A stretch of 64,000 nt of DNA from Seison nebaliae (lineage: Eukaryota): assembly GCA_023231475.1 (NCBI GenBank), contig JALJEE010000954.1, positions 1 through 64,000 of the forward strand, read 5' to 3'. This document shows, one piece after another, positions 52,317 to 64,000 of this stretch. Under the pieces are notes generated by a model. The model ran no database searches and was not told the DNA's origin. It worked only from the letters and a program-made list of their open reading frames with translations. Within the stretch, counting starts at the first letter, position 1. The number at the start of each line of letters is the position of its first letter. The position numbers and the translations under genes are program-made.

Positions 52317-54080
52317 ATGAATAATAAATCAGATTATATTAGAGTAGCGAAGACTACGAAGAATTTTGGAATGAAGCACAATTTGATGAGAAGTCATTTA
52401 AAATGGAAGAATCAACATTCGCCTCAATCACCAATTAATCAGGAGCAATCGAAATGTTTAAAGAGTCCAATTTTATCTCCTTCGATGTCTTTGAAAGAAT
52501 GTACGAGAGAATTCTATGAATTGAATAAAACGAATTCATATGAAATGAATAAAAGATGTCGAGGAAAGTGTCTTATTATCAATATTATGCAAATACAAAA
52601 CATGGCAACCAGACGATGGAGTGACATCGATGTTGTCCGATTAGAGAAATTATTCGAAGCTCTTCACTTCCAAATTGTCCTCTATACCGATCGTACACAT
52701 CAATTGGAGCAGAAGTCGATGTTTGAGAAAATTGAAAAATTTTCAAAAGATCCTGATCATCAACAGGCACAAGCGGCGATCATCATATTAATGAGTCATG
52801 GAGAAGAAGGATCGATAACAGCCAGTGATGGTAAGAAGATTGATATGGATAAAATATTTTCATTATTCGACAATTCTTCTTGTCCAGCATTGATTAATAA
52901 ACCGAAATTATTCTTCATACAATCATGTCGAGATGACCCTAATTTGGGACCAGCTGAAGATCAAGGTGTTCAAATTGAAAAAGAGAATAATTCGATGGAA
53001 CATGAATCTCAAGATTTCCAATCGATTTCAGATCAAATGATAATTGGTGAACATGAGATTGATGGTCCATTCACCATTAATTATGTGCCGACCATGTCAG
53101 ACATTTTTGAAAAATTTCAAATGACTAAATGTTTAGATGAGAATCGATCAATGAATGAGAAATGTCGAGAGATTAAAGATAATTTGAATGGTGACAACAA
53201 CATGAAACTTTTACCTACTCAATTCAATTCAATTCCATCATCATCATCAAAACGATTGCCAACTAATTCCGATATGTTAATCGGTTATTCAACATTGAAA
53301 CATTTTATTGCTTATCGTAAACCGGAACGTGGTAGTTGGTATATGGATGCATTAATCGAGATATTTAGTAAACATTCACACAATACGAATTTGTGTTCGA
53401 TGTTGAATATGGTAAATGGACTCGTTTCAGAAGAAACGACGAGCACAATGAAAAAACAAATGAGTGAATATCGAAGTACATTGAGAAAAAAAACTTTTTA
53501 TTTTTTTCCTGGTATTCGATTCGATTCAAATAATTCATTCATATCAAATGACGACGTTCAGTCAATTAGTCAAAATGATGACACTTCACCATTAGAACTG
53601 TCGATTCCTAATACACAAATCAATTCATATGAAAATGATACTGATTTCGATTGGGATAGTGAGGGAAATGTGGTTATGAATAGAGAATTAGATTTATCGG
53701 AATCATTACCGTTAATTGACGATGATGTTTATGATACCATCCTCTCACTCATTCCAACATTAATCGATTTAGATAAAGTCTTTCCAAACAATCATGATAA
53801 ATGTTTAATTTGTTTGTTTCAAGAAGCTTATCGAAACAATTCGCCCCAATATCTACTTGTCTTCTATCAACGACTATTCGAACATATTGAACCTCATGTC
53901 AATGATGATGTGCATTTAAGAATAAAATATTATTTCTTATTCATCATTAATCATCTTCATAAAATTATCAAATTTATTCAATTTCAACATTCTCCTCATA
54001 CCCTCATTCATTTGAATCGATCAAATCCTTTCATTGATCTTAATGCAATTATTCCAATTCAAAATCATTCTCATCGATAA
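52317..54080 (+). CDS. Caspase (peptidase C14A), intronless, with C-terminal extension
   Basis: YEMNKRCRGKCLIIN, IILMSHG (catalytic His), CPALINKPKLFFIQSCRD (catalytic Cys) and p10 LPTNSDMLIGYST...AYR..ERGSWY...KKQMSEYRSTLRKKTFYFFPG. Confidence 0.92.
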   Translation: MNNKSDYIRVAKTTKNFGMKHNLMRSHLKWKNQHSPQSPINQEQSKCLKSPILSPSMSLKECTREFYELNKTNSYEMNKRCRGKCLIINIMQIQNMATRRWSDIDVVRLEKLFEALHFQIVLYTDRTHQLEQKSMFEKIEKFSKDPDHQQAQAAIIILMSHGEEGSITASDGKKIDMDKIFSLFDNSSCPALINKPKLFFIQSCRDDPNLGPAEDQGVQIEKENNSMEHESQDFQSISDQMIIGEHEIDGPFTINYVPTMSDIFEKFQMTKCLDENRSMNEKCREIKDNLNGDNNMKLLPTQFNSIPSSSSKRLPTNSDMLIGYSTLKHFIAYRKPERGSWYMDALIEIFSKHSHNTNLCSMLNMVNGLVSEETTSTMKKQMSEYRSTLRKKTFYFFPGIRFDSNNSFISNDDVQSISQNDDTSPLELSIPNTQINSYENDTDFDWDSEGNVVMNRELDLSESLPLIDDDVYDTILSLIPTLIDLDKVFPNNHDKCLICLFQEAYRNNSPQYLLVFYQRLFEHIEPHVNDDVHLRIKYYFLFIINHLHKIIKFIQFQHSPHTLIHLNRSNPFIDLNAIIPIQNHSHR

Positions 54081-54321
54081 TTATTTATCATATTAATTCT
54101 CATGCAATTATCTCTTCTTGCAATATTATTCGATTTCTTTTTTTTTAAAGATTTTACTTGCCAATTTCACGATTATTTCCTATTGAATTTTTTATTTGTA
54201 AATTTATAAAACTGTTTCCATATTATGCGACTAAACGTGACATAATTTCATTGATCACTATTGATTTTACTCTATAATAAATTAATACTCATGATAACTC
54301 TTCAAATAGTTGAATGATATT

Positions 54322-54335
54322 ATTGTCATAGGAAC
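54322..54335. promoter_or_regulatory. RFX X-box
   Basis: ATTGTCATAGGAAC (reverse complement GTTCCTATGACAAT), about 180 bp upstream of the vWA/DUF4537 gene. Confidence 0.55.
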
Positions 54336-54382
54336 GATCTTGACAGAAAATAAACTAAAAATCGGAAATAACCTAACTTTAA

Positions 54383-54400
54383 TAGTTGTCATGACAACTA
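54383..54400. promoter_or_regulatory. Perfect palindromic RFX X-box
   Basis: TAGTTGTCATGACAACTA is an 18-bp perfect palindrome whose core GTTGTCATGACAAC matches the X-box. It lies about 115 bp before ATG 54516. Confidence 0.8.
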
Positions 54401-54515
54401 CAAACAACAAAGGAATTTGTTACGTAAAAAAGGAATAACTTCTGAAAAGAAACTAAAATTTCTCTAGAGATTATTAAATTCTCATTCCATCACACTTTCA
54501 GACTCCAATTCCATC

Positions 54516-57500
54516 ATGGTTATCATGACGAACAGTCACACTTATCAATCACCAACATTCCATAAGGAAATGCCGAATACTAACGGAAATTTTATTATTC
54601 TTATTGAAATGTCCTCTCAGAATGTCTATCTAGAGGGATTGATAACAAATTCAGTTCAATCATTTCTCGACGAACAAATGAATTATTTTTCGAATAAACC
54701 TAAATCATTCAATATTATCACCTATTCGAATAGTTATGAATTGTGGCAACAAAAATGGTGTGCGCTAAATTCAAGTAATGTGAAGAATGCGATGAGTTGG
54801 TTGCGAATGCAAAAAAGTTCTAATGGAAGAAATTTATTGAAAGCCATTCAAGCTGCATCAACATTCAATGGATCAGATGAATTATATGTGATAGCAACTG
54901 ATTTACCCGATCGTCCTGTCAATATGAAACTGAATGAAATGCTCAGAAATATATTATTATCGGTCGATGAAAGGAGAGTCAATACGACTGTTTGTACCAT
55001 CGATGAAAATTCGACAAATCAATCGAATATTAGCGACGGCTACGAACAAACTAAATCGTTTTATAAAAATCTTTCGAAACAAACGACGGGAATTTATGGA
55101 CATGTTTTCCTATCGAACATGTCATGGAATATGTATCGTAGTATCAGTCCATCTCAAACCATTGGATTGTCGACAATTGATGGAAATACTACCACTATAA
55201 ACGATTCAGCAATTATTTCTCATAATCAGACAAATTTAGGAAGTATTGGAACATCACCAATTTTATTACCATCCGCTAATTTTAATCAATCTCAAATTGT
55301 GCAAACTGCAACAAATGTGCACAATGTAGGTTTGGCACCACCACATTCGATTGCTTACGGTCAACCCAGCGTTCACAATGTGTTAGCGTCAATTCATACA
55401 CCAACATCCTTAGTAAAAGATAGTGTTGTTTGGTGTGAAAATAGTCCATTGGAGATACGTGCCAGTGACATGTTACATGTTGCACCAACAATGAACAGTC
55501 GGGAAAACTATCAAATAAATTATGTTCAACACATTAATTCATTTCTTCATGGTCATTCGGTACTGGTGAAGAGTACGATCGATAGTTTTTATCGCCGTGG
55601 AACAATCCAATCTCAAGTTGTCAATAATCTTTCTTTTTATTTATAAATTCCTTTCATTAGATTTTGGCTCATCGATTTATGGTGGAAGTGATGATGTCAG
55701 ACGGTCCAACCATATTACAAGATACTCCGATTTATGATTTGATCCATTGGAATGATGGAAAGAGACATGATATTTATGAAAATGATTTAGTGTTAGTACC
55801 ATGTGATGGTATGACGGAGAATACCAAGTGGTTACCAGCCACTGTGATACGTGGAAGAGAATTACGTTCAAGTTAATTGTTTATTAATTAATTAATTTGA
55901 AATTTATTTTTCATTTCGTTCTTGTAGATAATACGATAAATAATCACTATGATAAATTGGTAGTTGCATCGGCTGTTGATGAAGGAACAGTGTTTGCAGT
56001 TGAACGTGGTTTAGCTGTATGGATACCGAGACAAGTTTTCGAAAGAATCAAACATGATATTCAATTACCTGTCGAATCGTCCAACTTTTATCGGTTCTAT
56101 CAACCGCGTTACGAAATACCGAATACTCATCAAGTTACGATGCCATCAATCCAATATTATCAATGGCCATTTATTGTGCCTCAATATCAGACGACCTTCA
56201 ACATTCCATCATATCAACAAACAGTCCAAACAGTACAACCAGTAATTGCTTATCAACCACAACAACAAGTTCCATATTATCCTGTTCAGCAAGAAGAACG
56301 AACGGATAATTATTCATATAATCGAGAAATCGATAATAATCATATGGTGGGCGGGAATGCTGCAAATATACTGCGAACAAACAAAACCAGAAGGAAATCA
56401 GTCGATTTTGAATTAGAACAATTATATAATAAGAATGACAATGTTCAAAATAATTATCGAGAAATTAAAGATAAAATTACCAGTTGTCAAAAAGATTTGC
56501 AATGTCATATGGACGATATTCAATTATGTCGACAAAAAATGGAACTGAGAAATAAATTCGAGAATATGTCCATTGATAAATCGGAAACATTTGATGATCA
56601 ATCTTGTCATCATCGACGGAATTCAATGCCATCAGCACGATATGAAGAATATGATGTTGAACGTTTTTCCAGATCACCAGTTCGATCATATTCAACGAAA
56701 CGAACACGATCAGCCCATAGTCAACATTGCACATGTTGTTGTTGTAGAAGTTCATTCTATTTGCATTGTCTCGCCCAACATGAAAAACTGACGAAAAAAG
56801 AAGAAAAACCTTCATGGAAATATTCGTATGTTTCCGGATGTCCTAAAAGACACCAAAGTTAATTTTATCATTTTAATGATATTATATAATTGAATTAGAT
56901 GATTTAGATCGACGAGATAATTTGCAGTCTGCATCTTTCAATCATTCCACTTCATTCAATCGCAATGATAGATGTCATTGTTCAGATAATGTAGATGAAT
57001 CAATAAAATTTTTATTGACGAAAAATAAGAAATTCCGTCGACGTTCAAATAATGATCCTAATTCTAGAATGAGACCCATGACAGCAAATCTGAATGATGG
57101 AAAATATTTCAATGGTGTAACTCCGATAATATACGAACCGAAATCACCTTCAACATGTTCACCCATCGAAAATAGATCAATAGAAACTTGTTATGATTCT
57201 TTCGCCAATGACGTAGTTGATCAAAAATTCCATAAACTAATGAAGAGTGTTTCGAATTTGGAGAATATTCGATATGAAAAAGAACCGAAATCGGTCAAGA
57301 CTCAAACCACCAAATTCATTAACGTTCCATCAATACAAAGAAAACAGAATTATTACAACCGTTTATTTGAATCAGTTAAACGGATTTATCCAGAATCCTC
57401 TCATTAGTTCTTTTTCATTTCCTTCATCTAAAATTCCCTTTACCACATTTTTCAGTTACAGGAAATACGAACAAGAATATAATAAAAATTTCGTAAAAGA

Positions 57501-57723
57501 AAATGAATATCGACGTCCTGAAAAAACGGAGATTTGTATCAAAGCTGTATTGCCAGCTCGAGTTACTCGATTGCAGGCAGATCGACTCCAACGGGATATG
57601 CATCGTTGTCAAAATCTTAAACGAATGGAAGATAAACAAACTTCAAAATTGCGCTATAGACAATTGCAAGCGAAGGAACGTGCTCATAATTATCATATGC
57701 AATTATTGAATGATAATCGATAA
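54516..57723 (+). CDS. vWA-like + DUF4537 protein (VWA3B/C11orf16-related) with coiled-coil C-terminus; multi-exon
   Basis: vWA-like FIILIEMSS...KSFNIITYS...NAMSWL...GRNLLKAIQAA...LYVIATDLPD; DUF4537-like SVLVKSTIDSFYRRGTI, RHDIYENDLVLVP, KWLPATVIRGRELR and AVWIP. The last intron uses a GTT donor overlapping the TAG at 57405-07. Confidence 0.7.
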
Positions 57724-60611
57724 ATTCAATTGCATTTTTCATAATTTCATTATTCTATTAGAAATTCTTTATATTGTGTCCTTTTTTTTTTGTCAAAAAT
57801 ATTTGTTGTATTTTTTGATTGAATTTGGAGAACGAATTAAAATTAATCTTCAAAAAACTATAAAAATTTTCTAATTTATCTCGACGGGAATTTTAATTAA
57901 TAAATAATAATAAAAAAAATATTTGATCATAAGAAACTTGTTGGCTCGTTTGGTGCAAGGGCATGTGATAAATCAGAAAAATAAATATCAACTCGAATAA
58001 TTGAAAAGATGGAACTAACTAGCAATTAGGAAAATATTCTCCACCAAAGAACATTCCCGCCTGACTAACGATTGAAGAGTAAGCATGAATGAAAGAGTAA
58101 TTCTTTTATCACATCTTTATCGTTAGTACAAATATTGGAATTATCAGAGTGCTCATCAATTAATTCTCGAAGATATGAAAGGTGAGGAATGATTGAAGAG
58201 TGCGGCAATCACATTCCAAAAATCATCGTAAACAATATCGAAGATAATCCGTTATTCGAATGATTTGTCTTCTCATTCGTTCGTAGCAGTCAGTTAGAAA
58301 ACATTAAAATTAGTTTCCTCAGGAACTATTACAAATAACCATTCCTATCACATATTGCTGTGCTCATTATGTATTTGCTAATATTTCCAACTTCACACTT
58401 ACTTATCATATGGAAAAGGAAGAGAATGAAGACATCTTCATGGCAGCGAGCAGACTCGTGTGAATTGTTCTGTTATTTTCCCATATCAATTAAACGTTTA
58501 AAAAAATTAATTTCTCCAAAATCGTCATTTCTCATATAAATGTCGAATATATGGAATAGGAATGATTTCTCATTTAATATTTCTCTTTTTAAAGGAAATC
58601 TTTGAAATGTGGAAGGGAATGTTGAAATTTCGACAAAAAAACATTTTCGTCACATTCTGATTGGGCAAAGTGAGGGAACAAACAGTCAATTTTTTTCATT
58701 AGTGAAATATGAGATATTACTCTTTCTTAGTCGTTCTTAATAACCAATGACAATTATAGTCGGCGAATTATTCCTTGTGCTTAAGATGGCGATTAAGCAC
58801 TTATATCCCATACGATTCGACTAGTTTCGCACATTCGCCCTTTTGTTCCTAGATCTTCTCAATATTAATTGTTGTGCTAATAAAATTTGGGACGGCTAAT
58901 ATCAAAGGTTTGAAGGACCATATTTCTTACCACCTAAAGAAATTTTATTTGCAGTTCTTTCCGAACTGATTTGGAGTTAATTGTTAGACATAAATTATTG
59001 AGAAGAAAGGAGAAATTGATTAAGTCGAGATACGATGAATTTTGATGATGTTTGTTTTAAATATTTTCCCCCTTTCAAAATTTTGAAGTATTTCTCTCTT
59101 TGTTTTTTTCGAAAATTTGCATAATTTCCCATATTTACACTTGGTAACTCTCGTCCTCAATTCAATTAGACGCTTACATCGAACATTTATGAGTGTGTGC
59201 TGTAGAGTTTACCGATTTTAAAGAAGAATGAAGAAGAAGAATGATGTGTCTCCCTGAATAGATAACTGGGTGATAACTCCAATAAGAGAAGAGAGTGAAT
59301 TTGAACAAGAATTTTACGAAAATTTTGATGTTTAATGATATTTGAGTCGAATGCATCAAATTTCAATTTTTTATTTCCATTCCTACTACTTAAAGAAACA
59401 AGTCATGTTATTCCATTCACAGCGAATATCGATGTTGTCATCGTCTCTTGTATATGAATCGACGACATCTCCTAAATCGTGTATACACAATCGACGACTG
59501 ATAATGTTAGTTGCTGAACACGTATCTCTTTCATATGTATTTTTCGAAGAATCGTCATTGATTTTGTTATGACGAAATGGAACGAATAATTTCTCAATTT
59601 ATTATTTTCCATTAAAATATTCAAATTCATTAAGTGATAAGAGTGTCGTCCAATGATATTTCACAATGTTCTTGTTTAACCTCTCTCCCAAACATTTCCC
59701 TATTTTCATCTTTACATCTTTTGATTTCCGTCAAATTGGACAATTTGAAAATGTTTAAACAGAAAATTTCAATAAAAATTTTACGGAGAACTTTCAAACC
59801 TTTCTTTATTTTTATTATAAGTACAAATCAATGAAAATTGACTTGAGATATATTTGGAAAGAATTGCGGGAAAACTGATTCAAATTGTCCAGTGATCAAA
59901 AAATTATCTTTTTTCTAAATTTCTTTTTTATGAAAAATTGACAGTTGATTATTTGTCATCGGTTATAGATGACCGATGTAGAATGGTGACAGATTAGGAA
60001 AGGTAACCTGAGCTAAAACTAAATTAAATTGTATTCGGTTGTTCATTGCATTTCCTTACTTCATTTTCTCATTCCATCCAATGTGAGAGACTTGGAAATT
60101 GTGTGGAAAATATTCGTGACGCAGTTTTAATATCAAATAATACATTCTGATTTGGTAGTTGTCATGATTGGGAATTATTATTGAACTATAATTATATGTT
60201 TCATTTAGGATAAATATGTTGTCACCACTTGTTCGGTATTCATGTTCGTATTCTTCGTCGTCATCAAAATCTTTAATTTCTCGAATATGTATTTAATTGG
60301 GAATTTAACAATGTGATAATTATCGATTGAATTGATTCTCTAATATTTATTTTTATGATAGTCAGTCACTCTAATTAGATGATGATACAGCTCGTTCGAA
60401 GTTGGTTGAAAGAGAACGATTAACATTTAAAGAAAGCCGACAGCCTTGTCTCTGTTGGTCTTTATGAAATTTGAGTTCTCTACCTTTGCAAGATGATCTG
60501 TTCGTCCAATTTTTGAATTTATCTTCTTTTGTTACATTTCGTACCTAGATCGCTTCTTGAACGAAATTTCTTCTATATATATCAAGTAAAAGTTTGCCAT
60601 TCGATCAAATA

Positions 60612-63284
60612 ATGGCATTGACAAACGAAACGAATTATCCATTTGATACGAAAATATCATTAGCCAGTCAACTCTCTCCAATTTATTACGACACTATGCA
60701 GTACGAAACGAAAAGTGCGTGTCACGATTATTCGAATTTAGTTCAAATGTCCAATAATTGGAATTTACTTGGGAATTCGGTTACATTAACACCCAACTCA
60801 TCTCAGGGTAATATGCACATCCCCACCAATCTCCATAATATACCACAGACACTCCCCAATGATTTGAATAGTATCACATGGAGGAATATCATGGAACAAG
60901 CTCATAATCTAACGGAAGGAAATAATTTGAAAAGAAGACATTATTCTTCCGATGAAGATAATCAGAATACTCATCATCAACATTTGAATAAACGATGTCA
61001 ATTGAATGATCAAGTGACGACGGATTATAATGAGAAACAACAACCTCAAGATTCGTTTGATTCGGATAGTGCTATTAATATGAATGCATCTTTCATTAAA
61101 AGTGAATGTTGCTCTTCTTCATCCGATATTTCCAATAGTATGATTTCTCAACAAATCATCAATAATCAATATCAAATATCTCGTGGTGATTCAAATAGTA
61201 ATAATAATAATAATATTCTAATAAGTAATTGTAATAATCTTCAATCACCAAATATTCTCAATACTTCTAATATTATTATGAATAAAAATCATATCCAAAA
61301 TAATGAGATATTCCTTAATAATAATAATAATAATAATTATAATAATAATAGCGAAATAAAAAATAATAAATTATCCCAACAATTGACACAAGATATGGGT
61401 GAATATTTGAATTCACTTCTTGAAAATTCAACGAAACAATTACAATCAAATCTTCTTCACGAAAATCCAATTTTCAACCAAACCATTAATTCTTCGACGG
61501 GAATGAATGGACAAGAGCAAAATTCAACAAATGATAATAAAGTTCATGAATCATCGAATATAAGTTTTGCTGAGAATGAAATTATAAAAATCGCTAGTGA
61601 AGAATTACCAATAACAAAGAAGAAGGTGATAAAGCAGAGGAAGAAGTCGTCGAAGAAACCGAAAACGAAAATCGACGGCGAACCCTTAGATGATGATTAT
61701 TTTGGTGATAATGAATCAGGAATGCGTCTTGAGACTATGATGGAATGTATTGATGATATGGAAACGAATGAACAACAACAAAAATTGAATAAGATAGGAC
61801 GTGTTCAAAGTTTAGGTACTTTATCCGCCGTGGCAATATCGGAATTGGTAAGTCGGAAGAATCCTAAACCGATTAAATGTCACGAGTCAAATTCATATTA
61901 TTTTTATACACCATTTCTCAATATTAGTCAAATTGAATATATATCAGAAATGTTGATTCAAGGCGAACGATATTGTGCAATTACTGAATTTCTCAGTTAT
62001 TTCAGTTCAAGTGCAAGTCAAATATCCGCGAATACTTTATCTGCGTTGCCTATAAAACTGCCTCCGTCACGCTACAGTAAAGCAATGAAGATTACGATTA
62101 ATAAGAATGATTCGGTGAGAAAGGCACGAGCACATGTTGCATATTTCAATGGACGTTATAAGGATTTATATGAAATATTAAAATTGAAAGATTTCAATAT
62201 TTTACATCACAATGAACTCCAACAATTATGGTACAAAGGACATTATAGTGAAGCAGAAGCAATTCGAGGACGTCCGTTAGGTGCAGTTGATAAATATCGA
62301 ATAAGGTTTTATTTTTATGATTTAATAATTTTTTCTTCATTTTTCATTTTTCAGACGGAAATTTCCTTTACCTCGTACTATTTGGGATGGAGAAGAAACT
62401 GTCTACTGTTTCAAAGAACGTAGTCGACAAGCCTTAAAAGATTCGTATGCTCGAAACCGATATCCTACACCGGAAGAAAAAAGAGAGTTAGCTAAACGAA
62501 CCGGTCTGACCTTGACACAAGTGAGCAACTGGTTTAAGAATCGTCGACAACGAGATCGTGCGCCAGTATGTCTAATGCCGTTAGTATTTGAAATATAAGA
62601 TAAAAATTATTAAATTTTTAATTATTTAGTGATATAAATCGCCATAATTTTGTGAATATATACGATCCGTTCTATCAACAACAATTGGCTAATGCCACAT
62701 TTAATTCGGCACTTCTCGAATTGAATAACGCGAATATTTTGGGCATTCCAACAACAGATAATTCTGATATCTCGAACATGTTTTTTTCGAAAGGGGATAA
62801 TGAAAATTTTTCTTTGAAAAATAATGAGAATACTAAACAGGATGATCTACATTATCAATTATTGAATACGAATCATATAAATTCTACATTACTCAATTCA
62901 GTCATCAATCCCAAACTCCTACAATATTATCAACAAATTAACGAAGCTGCATGCTTCAACCATCATAACAACGATTCTCCACAACAACACATTCAACAAC
63001 AACAACAACAACAACACGCACAGCAGCAACAATTGCTGATTCAAAATGTTCCATTAACAACCAATATAGAAGAGCGGCAACAAAATAATTCGATTTCGAC
63101 AACGTCAGCACAATTCCAACCGATGTTATATAATCAAAAAAATGATCAGGATATAAACCGCATTCTCAATGTACCGCCCACATGGAACATGTACGATGCA
63201 TCATTCATTTCTAATAATGTTTCTGGACAAATAAATCCTAATAATAACAACAACAACAACAACAATAATCATAATGTTAAATGA
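60612..63284 (+). CDS. SIX4: SIX-class homeodomain transcription factor, Six4/5 subfamily; 3 exons
   Basis: SIX domain [54 protein letters not shown]. The ETVY tetrapeptide is diagnostic of Six4/5. Homeodomain [35 protein letters not shown]-rich flanks. Confidence 0.93.
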
Positions 63285-63419
63285 AGATTCATTATTAGAA
63301 ACGCGAAAATTTCTTACAATTTATTTTCTTTCTTTTTCCTATTTATTTTACAATTTTCCTTTATTTTTTCTTATTTTAGAAGAGAAATAAATTTTTATAA
63401 TTTCTTCAATATTCTTCCT

Positions 63420-64000
63420 ATAATATCATCGGAAATGATTCTTGAAGAAAATACAGATATTTTCCTCTTTCATCGAGATATATAGTTAAGTTTTTTTGGA
63501 GAGTTTTTGACTCGACAGTTCTCCATACACAATATCTGACACATCAGATGACATAAGAGAAAGATAAACTGAATCAAAGATACATCGATATCTTCATACA
63601 AAATTCCAACAGATCATGCCAGTTCGATCATTCCATACATATATCCACCTTAATAAATCTTCATAGATATTCCAACAATGATATAGTATTTTTTTTAGTG
63701 AGGCATCTAATATTTCCTAATCTTTTTTGTTCAATCTGAAAAAGAATAAAAAAAGTTGGATATTCCTGCTAACACGAAACAATTACTTAACTAATGTTCG
63801 TTTATTTCCGTGAAATTTGATATTGAAAGGTGACGATACATCAAGTGGATTGTTCATAATAAACATATAATCTTTTATAAACTTACTTCATTTTGAGGAG
63901 AAAAAAACTATGTTCATCATAAAATACATTTCCATTTTCTACTTATTTTTTCGTCGATTTTCAAGTAGTTTGAAGATCGGACACTATTGATAAGGAATGT
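63420..64000 (-). CDS. Probable 3' exons of a gene running off the window end
   Basis: Short open segments (e.g. YCVWRTVESKTLQKNLTIYLDERGKYLYFLQESFPMIL*) separated by AT-rich intron-like stretches ending in CAG. The structure was not resolved. Confidence 0.3.

Noticed and set aside
1..64000. Alternative genetic code or pseudogenisation as the cause of fragmented ORFs
   Set aside because: Short GT-AG introns restore conserved proteins in frame, and TAA and TGA both terminate confidently identified genes.
1..64000. Prokaryotic systems (CRISPR, operons, defence islands) and tRNA/rRNA/snRNA/SL RNA genes
   Set aside because: No repeat-spacer array or recognisable RNA-gene signature was seen by eye and the gene content is entirely metazoan. 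A covariance-model scan would be needed to exclude divergent small RNAs.

Overview
AT-rich, gene-dense genomic DNA from an animal with a very compact genome, read with the standard genetic code. Most introns are about 43-55 nt. The ORF track is therefore fragmented, and I spliced the genes by hand. About 18 protein genes are supported: a GAF-GAF-PDE10-like phosphodiesterase that has lost its catalytic residues, PLEKHB/evectin, AMD1 (SAM decarboxylase), a large TPR-like orphan, TEAD/scalloped, TTLL4, DNAJB13, UBR3, a small protamine-tailed protein, EMC5/MMGT1, GTF2E2, DLEC1, two or three orphan single-pass membrane proteins, PICALM/AP180, an intronless caspase, a vWA+DUF4537 (VWA3B/C11orf16-like) protein and Six4/5. 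There are also two MITE-like inverted-repeat elements, other transposon relics and RFX X-boxes before ciliary genes. Four observations stand out. (1) Intron donors are overwhelmingly GTT rather than GTR, and many acceptors are AAG with no polypyrimidine tract, which suggests a divergent splice-site code. (2) A 5-codon uORF (MYYAT*) lies just upstream of AMD1 and is a candidate new polyamine-sensing peptide. (3) The pseudo-phosphodiesterase has an intact reading frame. (4) The caspase has a QSCRD motif and a long C-terminal extension. The taxon cannot be fixed from sequence alone; a compact ciliated spiralian (e.g. Syndermata/rotifer relative) is only a guess. No tRNA, rRNA, snRNA or CRISPR array was recognised. 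Exon boundaries and family assignments come from manual reading and remembered motifs, not from database searches.
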